A DNA stretch of 64,000 nucleotides, from NCBI GenBank assembly GCA_002898395.1, contig BEHE01000003.1, positions 1-64,000 on the forward strand. The letters run 5' to 3'. The stretch comes from Candidatus Calditenuaceae archaeon HR02 (GTDB lineage Archaea; Thermoproteota; Nitrososphaeria_A; Caldarchaeales; Calditenuaceae). The position numbers were made by a program, and so were the translations under genes. The stretch's first letter is position 1, and every line of letters begins with the position of its first letter. The notes beneath the pieces were generated by a model. The model was given only the letters and a program-made list of their open reading frames with translations, searched no databases and was not told the origin of the DNA. Positions 1 to 8,597 of this stretch are shown in pieces.

Positions 1-290
1 TGTAGGCGTCTAGTAGTGTGCTGTGGTTTGTCACTGCAATCATCTCTCCCAAGAGCTCTTCAACAATCTTAGCATACGTCGGCTCGACATCGTTGACTAT
101 TAGGTGGTTGTTGTTTGTGAGTCTGCAGGCTATGGCGGGGATAAATCTAGGCCCCCAAAATGTGGGGAGTACCCCCTACCCCGGCCATAGGGTCTATAAC
201 AACATCTCCAACCCCAACACATCTCCTCCAGAGATAGACAGCTAGATGCTAGACCCTAGCAGCTTTAGTGGAAGACTTTTACTTGTAGAT
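1..290 (-). pseudogene. Degraded DNA (N4/N6) methyltransferase, runs off the window edge
   Basis: Manual minus-strand translation gives LAVYLWRRCVGVGDVVIDPMAGVGG (SAM-binding motif I), then after a frameshift near 147-156 FIPAIACRLTNNNHLIVNDVEPTYAKIVEELL. In-frame stop at 249-251. Confidence 0.6.
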
Positions 291-634
291 ATGACGTTAC
301 TGCTGGCTTCAGGCTTAGGATACCGACGAGTAAGAGGTACCTCCTCCAGCCAGAGCTACTAGTAGGGGAGAAGTCCATACGTATCGATTTATGGATTGAG
401 GAAGGGATACCTTGTATATCGTATAGGCCTGGGGAGAAGGCCGACAATCCACTACCACACATCCATCCCAACTATAGGGCTGGTGACGGCTACTGCCCCA
501 GATGCATGGTTAGCTGGGAGAGACCCATAGGTGACAAGTGCCTATACTGCGGAACAAAGCTCAGGAGGAGGTCAAGAAAGATAAATAACGGTGAGAAGAA
601 ATACATAAACCCAGAAATAGAGGATCTGGAATAG
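269..634 (+). pseudogene. Zinc-ribbon protein (CPRC...CLYCG) with no usable start codon
   Basis: Stop-free frame of 121 codons ending YCPRCMVSWERPIGDKCLYCGTKLRRRSRK...EDLE*. No ATG/GTG/TTG before the internal Met, so it is absent from the ORF track. Confidence 0.5.
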
Positions 635-680
635 TTAAGGCCTAAGACGATTTTGATTCCAGCCCATCTATTGTTGTGTC

Positions 681-828
681 ATGGCTATTATGTGTCCTTA
701 TTGTGGTAGGGGCTTGATACACTGCCTATTACAGGACTAGGTGCAGGTGTGGCCACGAGTTTAGCGAGGTCTACATAGCCGTAGGCATATACGACGAGGA
801 AGGAGAAGAATACATGCAGCTATACTAG
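681..828 (+). pseudogene. Small Zn-ribbon protein, frameshifted
   Basis: MAIMCPYCGRGLI, frame change at about 720, then TAYYRTRCRCGHEF...MQLY*. Its TAG overlaps the GTG of the next ORF (TAGTG). Confidence 0.45.
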
Positions 829-1019
829 TGGCCTCTCTTTTGTTTAAATCCATCGGATATTCTGGTTTGGCTGTGAGCCCCCGTAGGCTGTATGAGGTTC
901 TCTTAGAGAGGTATGGGTCTTCGATGGTTAGTAGCGTCTTTGCAAGCGACTATTATATTGGAAACACCAGGAAGTTATTGTGCGGTAAAACGGGAGACCA
1001 TCTAAAACTACCATTTTAA
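828..1019 (+). CDS. Hypothetical protein, 63 aa, possibly a fragment
   Basis: ORF track; start codon coupled to the upstream stop; no recognisable motif. Confidence 0.3.
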   Translation: MASLLFKSIGYSGLAVSPRRLYEVLLERYGSSMVSSVFASDYYIGNTRKLLCGKTGDHLKLPF

Positions 1020-1038
1020 GGAGAAAGAATGTGGCTTT

Positions 1039-2424
1039 CTAGACGATGCCTCTTTCCCTATGTAGCTTTTCGAGGGCACCTCTCACCTCATCAACTTTAT
1101 CAGCACTTAATGGGTAAAACTTCATTGCGATTAGAAAACATGCCAGTGCTATGGTGAAAAGCGCGGCTGTCAGGACCCGCATGTTTAGTATAATGGTGGG
1201 GGAAGGTGGCGTGCTACCCGGGGTGAAACCGCTTAAGCTGAAGATAATGACCGTGCTAATCCCGGTCAGCCCCAGTGCGAATCTATCGATAAACGTTGTC
1301 ACTCCTAGATATATGCCTTCTCTCCTAAAACCTGTTTTTACCTCGTCTTCGTCAATAACGTCAGGGATTAGAATTTCTCTAACCAAGTTTACTCCTGAAT
1401 TTGTTATACCATAAAAAATCATTACTGCGGCCGCCTCTATAACATTGTCTGCCACCAACACAAACAACAAAACAAACACCGTCTCTAATGTATAAGAGGT
1501 GATCAACGTCTTCTTTGTTCCATACTTAATCCCTATTTTCCTCCAGAATGGGTAAAAAACTATCGCCATCAAGAGAATTGGGGCGCTTATAAAGGTTATG
1601 TCTGCAATGGTTCCGCCCAGAAAATACTCGACAAAAAATGGGCTTATTGCAGCGAGTAAACTCCAAGACCAGCTAATCATTAGAATGCAAAACGCAGCTG
1701 TAATAAAGGACCTGTTGGTGAGCGTAATCTTAAATGCTGAGATGATGGGAAGTGTTCCCGCCATACTGAATTCCTTCTTTTCTCTACTTCCTAGCAGGGA
1801 TAGTGCGAAGGAGCCGCCTGCGATACAGCCTAGAACCAACCCGGTCAAGGCCCATCCGTTTATGGTGCCAAACTCCCTGGTAAAGTGGTATATTATTTGC
1901 GGCGCTACGACAAAACCAATGATTAGCCCTATCATGGCAGCAACTTGTCTGTAGATAGATACCTCCAGCCTCTCCTTAAGGTCCTGGAACATCTCCGGGA
2001 ATAATGAATTCCAGCAGACAGTGACGAAAGTGTATAGAAGTTCAAAAACCCCGACAACAACGAGGAAATAGAGGAAAAGTCCAATGTCGCGCTGGCTCGA
2101 CAATGGTATATCTCTAATTGGTGGGAGCCAAATTAAGGTGAAGAATATTACCATTAGAGGGGTGCCAAAGAGTACATACGGTATTCTGCGCCCCCACCTT
2201 GTCCTAGTTCTATCTGAGATATACCCTGCTATAGGATCATTTATAGAGTTCCATATACCATAAGCAACTGAAAAACCAACTCCGACCAAGGCAGGATCTA
2301 GGCGGATCTCTTTTATGTAGAAATATATTAGAAAAGTCCCTATCATGTGGTAAATGAGTGCTTGGCCGAGGTTACCGGCGCCATAAGCTATTTTTCCTGC
2401 CCTACCCTTTAATCTGCCTATCAC
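1039..2424 (-). CDS. MFS sugar transporter, glycoside-pentoside-hexuronide (MelB-like) family
   Basis: About 12 hydrophobic segments; NDPIAGYISDRTRTRWGRRIPY and DVIDEDEVKTGFRREG motifs. Confidence 0.9.
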   Translation of the reverse strand: MIGRLKGRAGKIAYGAGNLGQALIYHMIGTFLIYFYIKEIRLDPALVGVGFSVAYGIWNSINDPIAGYISDRTRTRWGRRIPYVLFGTPLMVIFFTLIWLPPIRDIPLSSQRDIGLFLYFLVVVGVFELLYTFVTVCWNSLFPEMFQDLKERLEVSIYRQVAAMIGLIIGFVVAPQIIYHFTREFGTINGWALTGLVLGCIAGGSFALSLLGSREKKEFSMAGTLPIISAFKITLTNRSFITAAFCILMISWSWSLLAAISPFFVEYFLGGTIADITFISAPILLMAIVFYPFWRKIGIKYGTKKTLITSYTLETVFVLLFVLVADNVIEAAAVMIFYGITNSGVNLVREILIPDVIDEDEVKTGFRREGIYLGVTTFIDRFALGLTGISTVIIFSLSGFTPGSTPPSPTIILNMRVLTAALFTIALACFLIAMKFYPLSADKVDEVRGALEKLHRERGIV

Positions 2425-2458
2425 TGTATTGATACTTCTACCCTCTTATGTATATCTG

Positions 2459-3421
2459 TTAGACAGATGGGATGATTATGTCAAGTTTCTCAGTCTCTGC
2501 AACCCTTCGCCAGTACTGATATATGTTCTCCTGTATGGCTTTGATTACGTGCTCTTGCCTCTGCGGGTGGAAGAGGTGTTTGTATCTGCCTTGTGTTTTG
2601 AGGTATTCCTCTACCGGTTTTAAGACCCTTGGAGTATAGGTGTGTTTCACCTCCCCGTATATGGCCTCCTTAAGTGGCCAGACTCCACACTCGACGGCAA
2701 GTTTTGAGATCCTTATGCTCTCTGAGGTGTCGTGGTACCACCCCGTCGGGCAGGGGGTGAATGAGATAAACAGCTTGGGCCCCCTATACTTCGACGCGCT
2801 CTCAATCTTCCTAAGCATGTCAACAATATGGGACGGGGCTATGGTTGCTACGTAGGGTGGCTTATGGCTCCTCCAGATCTCGAAGAGGTCCTTCTTCGAC
2901 CCTGTATGTCCTTCTCGTTGAAGCTTTGTTGGCAGGGTGGTTGCGGTCGAGGCAGCGTATGGTGTGGCGCCGCTTTTCTGAAACCCTGTGTTGCTGTAGG
3001 CCTCATTATCATAGACAAGGTAATAGAAGTCTAGTCCCCTCTCGATGGCTCCAGATGTGCTTTGTAAGCCTATATCGTATGCGGCGCCGTCGCCTGTGAA
3101 GCAGACCACTTTGATATCCTCTTCTGGCTGAATTTTACCCTTCTCGATGAGTATGTCCAACGCGTCCCTGATCCCCTGGGCGCCTGCCGGTGCAGATGCG
3201 AAGGCTGTGTACATCCAGCTCGACTTAAAGGGGGTGTAGGGATAGACGTGTAAGAGTGTAAAGCATCCTGCGGCATTGACGAAAACTGCCCTTCCTTCTA
3301 GGGCTTTCAGGAACATTCTCAAGACGGGCGTGGCGCCGCAACCAGCGCATAATGGGTTGCCAGGCGCCAGATACTCTTCGAGCGGTACGTCCCTCAAGGT
3401 CTTAAATCTTGTCTCGCTCAT
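2459..3421 (-). CDS. porB: Pyruvate/2-oxoacid:ferredoxin oxidoreductase beta subunit
   Basis: CAGCG, TPP-binding GDG...DNEAYSNTG, PCPTGW. Start moved to ATG 3421. Confidence 0.9.
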   Translation of the reverse strand: MSETRFKTLRDVPLEEYLAPGNPLCAGCGATPVLRMFLKALEGRAVFVNAAGCFTLLHVYPYTPFKSSWMYTAFASAPAGAQGIRDALDILIEKGKIQPEEDIKVVCFTGDGAAYDIGLQSTSGAIERGLDFYYLVYDNEAYSNTGFQKSGATPYAASTATTLPTKLQREGHTGSKKDLFEIWRSHKPPYVATIAPSHIVDMLRKIESASKYRGPKLFISFTPCPTGWYHDTSESIRISKLAVECGVWPLKEAIYGEVKHTYTPRVLKPVEEYLKTQGRYKHLFHPQRQEHVIKAIQENIYQYWRRVAETEKLDIIIPSV

Positions 3422-3422
3422 T

Positions 3423-4694
3423 CTACCCCCCACCTAAACCTGCGAGACCCAAAGCCTTCCTGACGCCCTCCAACTCATCCTTCCTAAACAGGAATAGTGG
3501 TGTGCTCGGGTCCCTTCCCTCCGGATGCTGTAAGACATTGAAGACATATTCAAACTCTTCTAGTGAGATATATTTTCCCCCGAGCCCCCCAATTACTGAC
3601 ATCAATTTTTCGGGCCTGTTTCTCTGGTGATACAGTGCGCCTGCCACCTCTTGGTACATTATTCCCCCCATTCCAAGTGATATGTTCTGGTCTAGAACTG
3701 CTACCGCCTTCCTGTTTTTGAGGAGCTCAGCTAGCTGGGCCGACGGGAATGGCCTGTACATGACTATCTTAACCAAGCCGGCGGGGACACCCCTCTCCCT
3801 AAGCCTAAGAACAGCCCTCTTACCCATTGTCGTGAAGGAGTTACTCATTACAAGGACGTATTCAGCATCCTCGAGTTTAAACCCCTCAACAGGCTCGTGG
3901 ACCCTCCCCGTCAACTCCGCGTAGTGTTTTGACGCCTCCTCAAAGACCTCAATAGCCCTTCTCATAGATTCGTGGATATTGTGTTTAAAGTATGTGTAAA
4001 TGTGCCCACCCAGCACTGATGCGCCCTTGACGACCGGCCTACTGGCTCTGAATGGGAGGGTAGGGATATAGGGTGGTAGAAACTCCTCCACCGTTTCTTG
4101 GCTGGGGAGGTGGACTGGCTCCCGGGTGAAGGAGAGATAGAAGCCGTCCATGTTTACAATAGAGGGTAGTCTCACCCGTCTATCCTCCGAGACGCGGTAG
4201 GCGAGCAGGACTAGGTCTAATACATCCTGGCAGGTCTCTGCGTGGAACTGTAGGAAGCCGCTATCCCTCGCAGCTAGTACGTCATTATGGTCGGGCTCAA
4301 GGGTTACTGGAGCCGCAACACCTCGTGAGACATTCACTAGGACGAGCGGGGCTCTCCATCCAGAGATATTATAGAGCATCTCGAAACCGTAGAAGAGTCC
4401 TTGACTAGATGTGGCTGTGAAGACTCTAGCGCCTGTCAGGGAGGCTGTGCCGGCGGCCGTGAGCATGGAGTGCTCCGACTCCAGCTGCACCAGCTTAGCC
4501 TTCATAACTCCCTCACCTATCCATTTGGCGAGAGTCTCAATTATCTCGGTCTGCGGAGTTATAGGGTATGCAGGTATATAGTCAACGTCTGCTAGACGGG
4601 CAGCCCAGGCGGCCGCCACGTTACCTGTCAACATCTCAACCCTCATCATCTCGACAGCCGATACGTTGCTCGTCACCGTCTTTACGTCACGCAT
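3423..4694 (-). CDS. porA: Pyruvate/2-oxoacid:ferredoxin oxidoreductase alpha subunit
   Basis: AYPITPQTEI, ESEHS and TATSSQGL motifs. Confidence 0.92.
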   Translation of the reverse strand: MRDVKTVTSNVSAVEMMRVEMLTGNVAAAWAARLADVDYIPAYPITPQTEIIETLAKWIGEGVMKAKLVQLESEHSMLTAAGTASLTGARVFTATSSQGLFYGFEMLYNISGWRAPLVLVNVSRGVAAPVTLEPDHNDVLAARDSGFLQFHAETCQDVLDLVLLAYRVSEDRRVRLPSIVNMDGFYLSFTREPVHLPSQETVEEFLPPYIPTLPFRASRPVVKGASVLGGHIYTYFKHNIHESMRRAIEVFEEASKHYAELTGRVHEPVEGFKLEDAEYVLVMSNSFTTMGKRAVLRLRERGVPAGLVKIVMYRPFPSAQLAELLKNRKAVAVLDQNISLGMGGIMYQEVAGALYHQRNRPEKLMSVIGGLGGKYISLEEFEYVFNVLQHPEGRDPSTPLFLFRKDELEGVRKALGLAGLGGG

Positions 4695-5589
4695 AGACCC
4701 TAACCTCCCTAACCGAAGAAATCGCCCGCAATGGGCACTCCCTCAAACATATCATGCAGCCCTTACAGTTGTCATAGTCGATAACCGCCTTATTGTTCTC
4801 GTTCAGGGTTATGCACGAGTCGGGGCAGTAGATGATGCAGACCATGCAGCCAGTACACTTCTCCGGGTCTACAACAGGCTTGAATATGCGCCAGTTGCCT
4901 GTCCGCCTCAGGGCCGAGTTTCCGAGATTAGCTATGTCTAGGTGGATGACCTCTTCATAGGTGACCGGCTCGTAATCTAGTGGGGATATCTCCCGGGTAA
5001 TGGATCCGCTTTCCTCCGTATTTATCACTGGGCTGGGAATTGCATCGTAAACCTCTGCGGCCAGCTGTATGTTTTTCTCCAACAGCTCATCCTTCAAGTC
5101 CAACTCAGCCAGCTCATCGGCTGTGGCCTCTAGGACGGATGATTTTGTGATTAGACCGGTTATTTTAGCCGCCGCCGCGGCGGAGGGTGAACTGATTATA
5201 GGCTTGCCGAGAATCTCCAGAGCCCTGCCCGTCAAATCATAAGTTATGAAGAACTTGTCATCATGTCCCTCCGGTGGTGGGAACCCGGGCTGCGCGTTCA
5301 CGAATACGGCCCCACCTTTCTTAACACCATCCAGTGGCCGGGCCAGCCAGTCGTTGAGGAGCGTTTCATCCATCACAATCACGATGTCCGGGTCAAAGAT
5401 GAACCCCCTCTCAGTGATCGGGGTCTTGGAAATCCGTGTGAACGATATGACAGGCGCCCCCCGCCTCTCCGCCCCATATATCGGGGAATCCTGCGCTACG
5501 AAGCCATCGAGAAAGGCTGCGCGACCGAGGATGCGGCTGCTGGTTTTAACCCCCTGGCCGCCCCGGCCGTGAAATCTGATTTTAAGCAT
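4687..5589 (-). CDS. porC: 2-oxoacid:ferredoxin oxidoreductase gamma subunit fused to delta (2x[4Fe-4S]) subunit
   Basis: IRFHGRGGQG, YGAERRGAP; C-terminal CTGCMVCIIYCP and CKGCMICLRECP. Start moved to ATG 5589. Confidence 0.9.
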   Translation of the reverse strand: MLKIRFHGRGGQGVKTSSRILGRAAFLDGFVAQDSPIYGAERRGAPVISFTRISKTPITERGFIFDPDIVIVMDETLLNDWLARPLDGVKKGGAVFVNAQPGFPPPEGHDDKFFITYDLTGRALEILGKPIISSPSAAAAAKITGLITKSSVLEATADELAELDLKDELLEKNIQLAAEVYDAIPSPVINTEESGSITREISPLDYEPVTYEEVIHLDIANLGNSALRRTGNWRIFKPVVDPEKCTGCMVCIIYCPDSCITLNENNKAVIDYDNCKGCMICLRECPLRAISSVREVRVYA

Positions 5590-5753
5590 GGGGCTCCATA
5601 CCCCACATCCAAAAGATGGGTGTCGGGTCTTATATATGTACGCCTTGGCCCTAATTTTAAGATATAAAATGAAAGAATTTATTTGAGAGTTTGCCATACA
5701 CCTACAACCCCTTTAAAAATGAGGTACGACATTTTTCTAATGAGTGGGACTAG

Positions 5754-7874
5754 TTGGGTGTGGGGGGATTAGACGCTTTTTTCAACCCGAAGTCCATAGC
5801 CGTTGTAGGTGTTTCCCGTCACCCGGACAAGATCGGCCGGGTGATATATGATCGGCTAATGAGCAATAGGAGGCAAGGCGTCTTGAAGTCTGAGATCTAT
5901 CCGGTTAACCCAGAGTTAAGGGAGCTCTATGGGAACCGAGTCTTTTCCAGCCTATCTGAGATAAATGATGAGGTTGACCTAGTGGTTATAGCTCTTCCAG
6001 CTCCCCAGGTTCCTCAAACCATTCTGGAGGCTGGGAAGAATGGTGCGAGAGCGGCCATAGTTGTGAGTGGTGGTTTCTCAGAGGTGGGGAATGACCAGCT
6101 GACGGAGAGCTTGAGAAGGGCGATTAAACTGTCGGGTATGAGGGTTCTCGGGCCCAACACTGTCGGCGTGATGGATGCATACACTGGTGTAAACACTTTT
6201 TTCACAAGGGAGGTCAAAGCCTTTTCAGATGGGAGGAGCGCCCAGAGCTTTATCTTCCCTAGCAGGGGGAGCATAAGCATCGTATCCCAGAGTGGCGCGC
6301 TTGCCCACTATGTCCTTGACACTCTTGGCGAAAGGGGGGCCGGTGTAAGGGCCGTTGCGTGTGTCGGCAACCAAATAGATGTCAGCATACCTGAGCTTCT
6401 CTCCTACTTTGCGAGTGACGCGTTGACTTCTGTAGTTGCGGTTTACGTTGAGGGTGTAAGTGGCGGAAGAGAATTGCTGAATAGGTTTCTGGAGCTGCGG
6501 CGTAACGGAAAACAGATAGTGGTCCTTAAGGCGGGGAGGACTTTGGTCGGGAGGAGGACGGCCTACACCCATACGGCGAGCATGGTTGGAGAGTGGGAGG
6601 CTCATGTTGGGGCCTTCAAACAGGCTGGCGCGATAGTTGTTGATAACGTCAAGGAACTAGCCGATGTCTCCTTAGCCCTGAGCCTCCAGAAGCCGCCAAG
6701 AGGACGGCGCCTCGCAATACTAACCAACGCGGGCGGCTTCTCTGTCATCGCGTCCGACCTAGCCCAGGCAAGCGGCTTGGAGGTCATACCACTACCTGAG
6801 AGCTCTATCGAGAAGTTGGAGTGGTTGAAAAGTGAGGGGAGGATTCCGTCTGTGTCCGTCACTACTAATCCGGTTGACCTTAGTGGCAGTGCCGACTCAG
6901 CCGCCTTCGAAGAGGCCTACAGAGTGGTTTCAGAGAGTGGGGTGTTTGACATGCATCTTCTGATGCCCTTTCATGTTCCTCCCATGATGGATGAGGGAGT
7001 TGTGTCAAGGCTAGCAGGGATTGCTAGGATCTCTGGTGCTACGGTTGTTGGATGCGATACCGGCGATACTGAATGGTCTGTCACCATGAGGGCTCTAATG
7101 GTCAGGAACGGAATACCGGCCTACAAAGACATGGAGGACGCAATCAGAGTACTAACGCTTATCTCCGATATCTTCACCCCTTCGAGGGAGAGCTTCCCAA
7201 TTTATGAGGCAAGGTCTAGCGAGGCCTTGGAGCCAATCCCCCGAGCCCACCTACTCGAACTCGTCAGTGAACACGGAATTCAGGTCGCTAGAGAGGAGGT
7301 TGTATCGACGGGAGATGAGGCTGTAGAGGCTGCCGAGAGGATAGGGTACCCCGTCGTCATGAAGATATCCTCGGAAAGGATAGTCCACAAAACAGATGTG
7401 GGTGGTGTGCAGCTGGGGATAACCGATAGGGCGCAGGTATTGAGAGCATTTAACAAGCTGAGGGGGATAGCTGAGAAGCTGGGCGTGCGTGAGTGTGGAG
7501 TTGTTGTCCAGGAAACAGTCCAAGGGATCGAGTTGATATTAGGGTCCAAGGTCGACGAAACCTTCGGCCCAACCGTGACTGTCGGCATAGGCGGGGTTTT
7601 GACAGAAGTGATTCGAGACTTCGTCACATTCGTCTCACCCGTTCAAGACGACGAGGCTGAAGAGATGCTAACTAGGCTGAGATTCTCAGGGCTCTTAAAT
7701 GGTTTTAGAGGATACCCACCTGTGGATAGAAAAGCTTTACGAAAAATAATAGTCAACTTCTCTAAAATATTGGTTGAGAACCCATCCATAGCCCAGCTCG
7801 AAATAAACCCCTTAATGGCCTACGGCGGGAGAATTGTGGCAGTAGATGTAAGAGGATGGAGATACAGTCTTTAG
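5754..7874 (+). CDS. ADP-forming acetate/acyl-CoA ligase, alpha-beta fusion
   Basis: PKSIAVVGVS, GPNTVG, SQSGA, phospho-His in YTHTASMVG, ATP-grasp HKTDVGGV and LEINPL. Confidence 0.9.
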   Translation: MGVGGLDAFFNPKSIAVVGVSRHPDKIGRVIYDRLMSNRRQGVLKSEIYPVNPELRELYGNRVFSSLSEINDEVDLVVIALPAPQVPQTILEAGKNGARAAIVVSGGFSEVGNDQLTESLRRAIKLSGMRVLGPNTVGVMDAYTGVNTFFTREVKAFSDGRSAQSFIFPSRGSISIVSQSGALAHYVLDTLGERGAGVRAVACVGNQIDVSIPELLSYFASDALTSVVAVYVEGVSGGRELLNRFLELRRNGKQIVVLKAGRTLVGRRTAYTHTASMVGEWEAHVGAFKQAGAIVVDNVKELADVSLALSLQKPPRGRRLAILTNAGGFSVIASDLAQASGLEVIPLPESSIEKLEWLKSEGRIPSVSVTTNPVDLSGSADSAAFEEAYRVVSESGVFDMHLLMPFHVPPMMDEGVVSRLAGIARISGATVVGCDTGDTEWSVTMRALMVRNGIPAYKDMEDAIRVLTLISDIFTPSRESFPIYEARSSEALEPIPRAHLLELVSEHGIQVAREEVVSTGDEAVEAAERIGYPVVMKISSERIVHKTDVGGVQLGITDRAQVLRAFNKLRGIAEKLGVRECGVVVQETVQGIELILGSKVDETFGPTVTVGIGGVLTEVIRDFVTFVSPVQDDEAEEMLTRLRFSGLLNGFRGYPPVDRKALRKIIVNFSKILVENPSIAQLEINPLMAYGGRIVAVDVRGWRYSL

Positions 7875-7922
7875 ATAAGCCAGGGACTAGATTTTTCAGC
7901 AGAAGCGGCACCTTCACATAAT

Positions 7923-7940
7923 TTCATAAAATTGTATGAA
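7923..7940. promoter_or_regulatory. Imperfect 18-bp palindrome upstream of the HCO operon
   Basis: TTCATA-AAATTG-TATGAA, about 85 bp before the ATG at 8025. Confidence 0.35.
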
Positions 7941-8024
7941 CTAGAATGTAGGAACTCCAAGTAATTTAGCAACTAGAGTTCGCATATAAATTATTTGCTT
8001 GTTTCGCAGATCTATCGTTAAGGC

Positions 8025-8597
8025 ATGTATCCGCAATTTGTTATCGAGGCCATATATTTTGGAATCATATTAATTGTTATAGCGTTCATCGTGGTTTTTT
8101 ATGTTTTGACTCGGAGAGGCGGGCGGGAAGTGGAGGCTGACGGTGGGCATGTGAAGAAGGCCGGTATGGAGAGGGGTGAGAGGAATTGGATTCTTTTCCT
8201 ATTCTCGGTGGCGCTAATTGGCAACATATTATTCCTCTCACCAATCCTCCCTTCTGCCCGCTACACCTTCTACGAGGCTAAGCCAGCTATGACCATAACA
8301 ATACACATGAAGAACTATAGCTTTCATTTCCCCGAGACCCCGATAGTAATCCCCGCGAAAACTCCCGTGGAGTTTGTTGTGATATCTGAAGACTTGGTCT
8401 ATGGATTCGGGGTCTTCAGGAAGGATGGCTCGATGGTCTTTCAGATGCAGGTGGTCCCAAAGCCGTATGTCAACAGGATTGTCTGGGTCTTCGATGAGCC
8501 TGGAGCCTACGATGTACGGTCGACCGAGTATAGTGGTCCTCAGCACCCGTGGATGTTTGTTCGGGATGCTATAGTAGTGGAGGGTGGTAAGTCGTGA
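8025..8597 (+). CDS. Heme-copper oxidase subunit II, CuA-less
   Basis: Two TM helices plus a cupredoxin domain. DLVYGFG and STEYSGPQHPWM stand where H and CxExCGxxHxxM normally occur. Confidence 0.85.
   Translation: MYPQFVIEAIYFGIILIVIAFIVVFYVLTRRGGREVEADGGHVKKAGMERGERNWILFLFSVALIGNILFLSPILPSARYTFYEAKPAMTITIHMKNYSFHFPETPIVIPAKTPVEFVVISEDLVYGFGVFRKDGSMVFQMQVVPKPYVNRIVWVFDEPGAYDVRSTEYSGPQHPWMFVRDAIVVEGGKS

Noticed and set aside
3423-4694. Oxalate oxidoreductase
   Set aside because: The alpha subunit has YPITP, not the YPIRP of oxalate oxidoreductase.
5590-5697. N-terminal extension of PorC
   Set aside because: AT-rich promoter sequence; the family motif begins at Met 5589.
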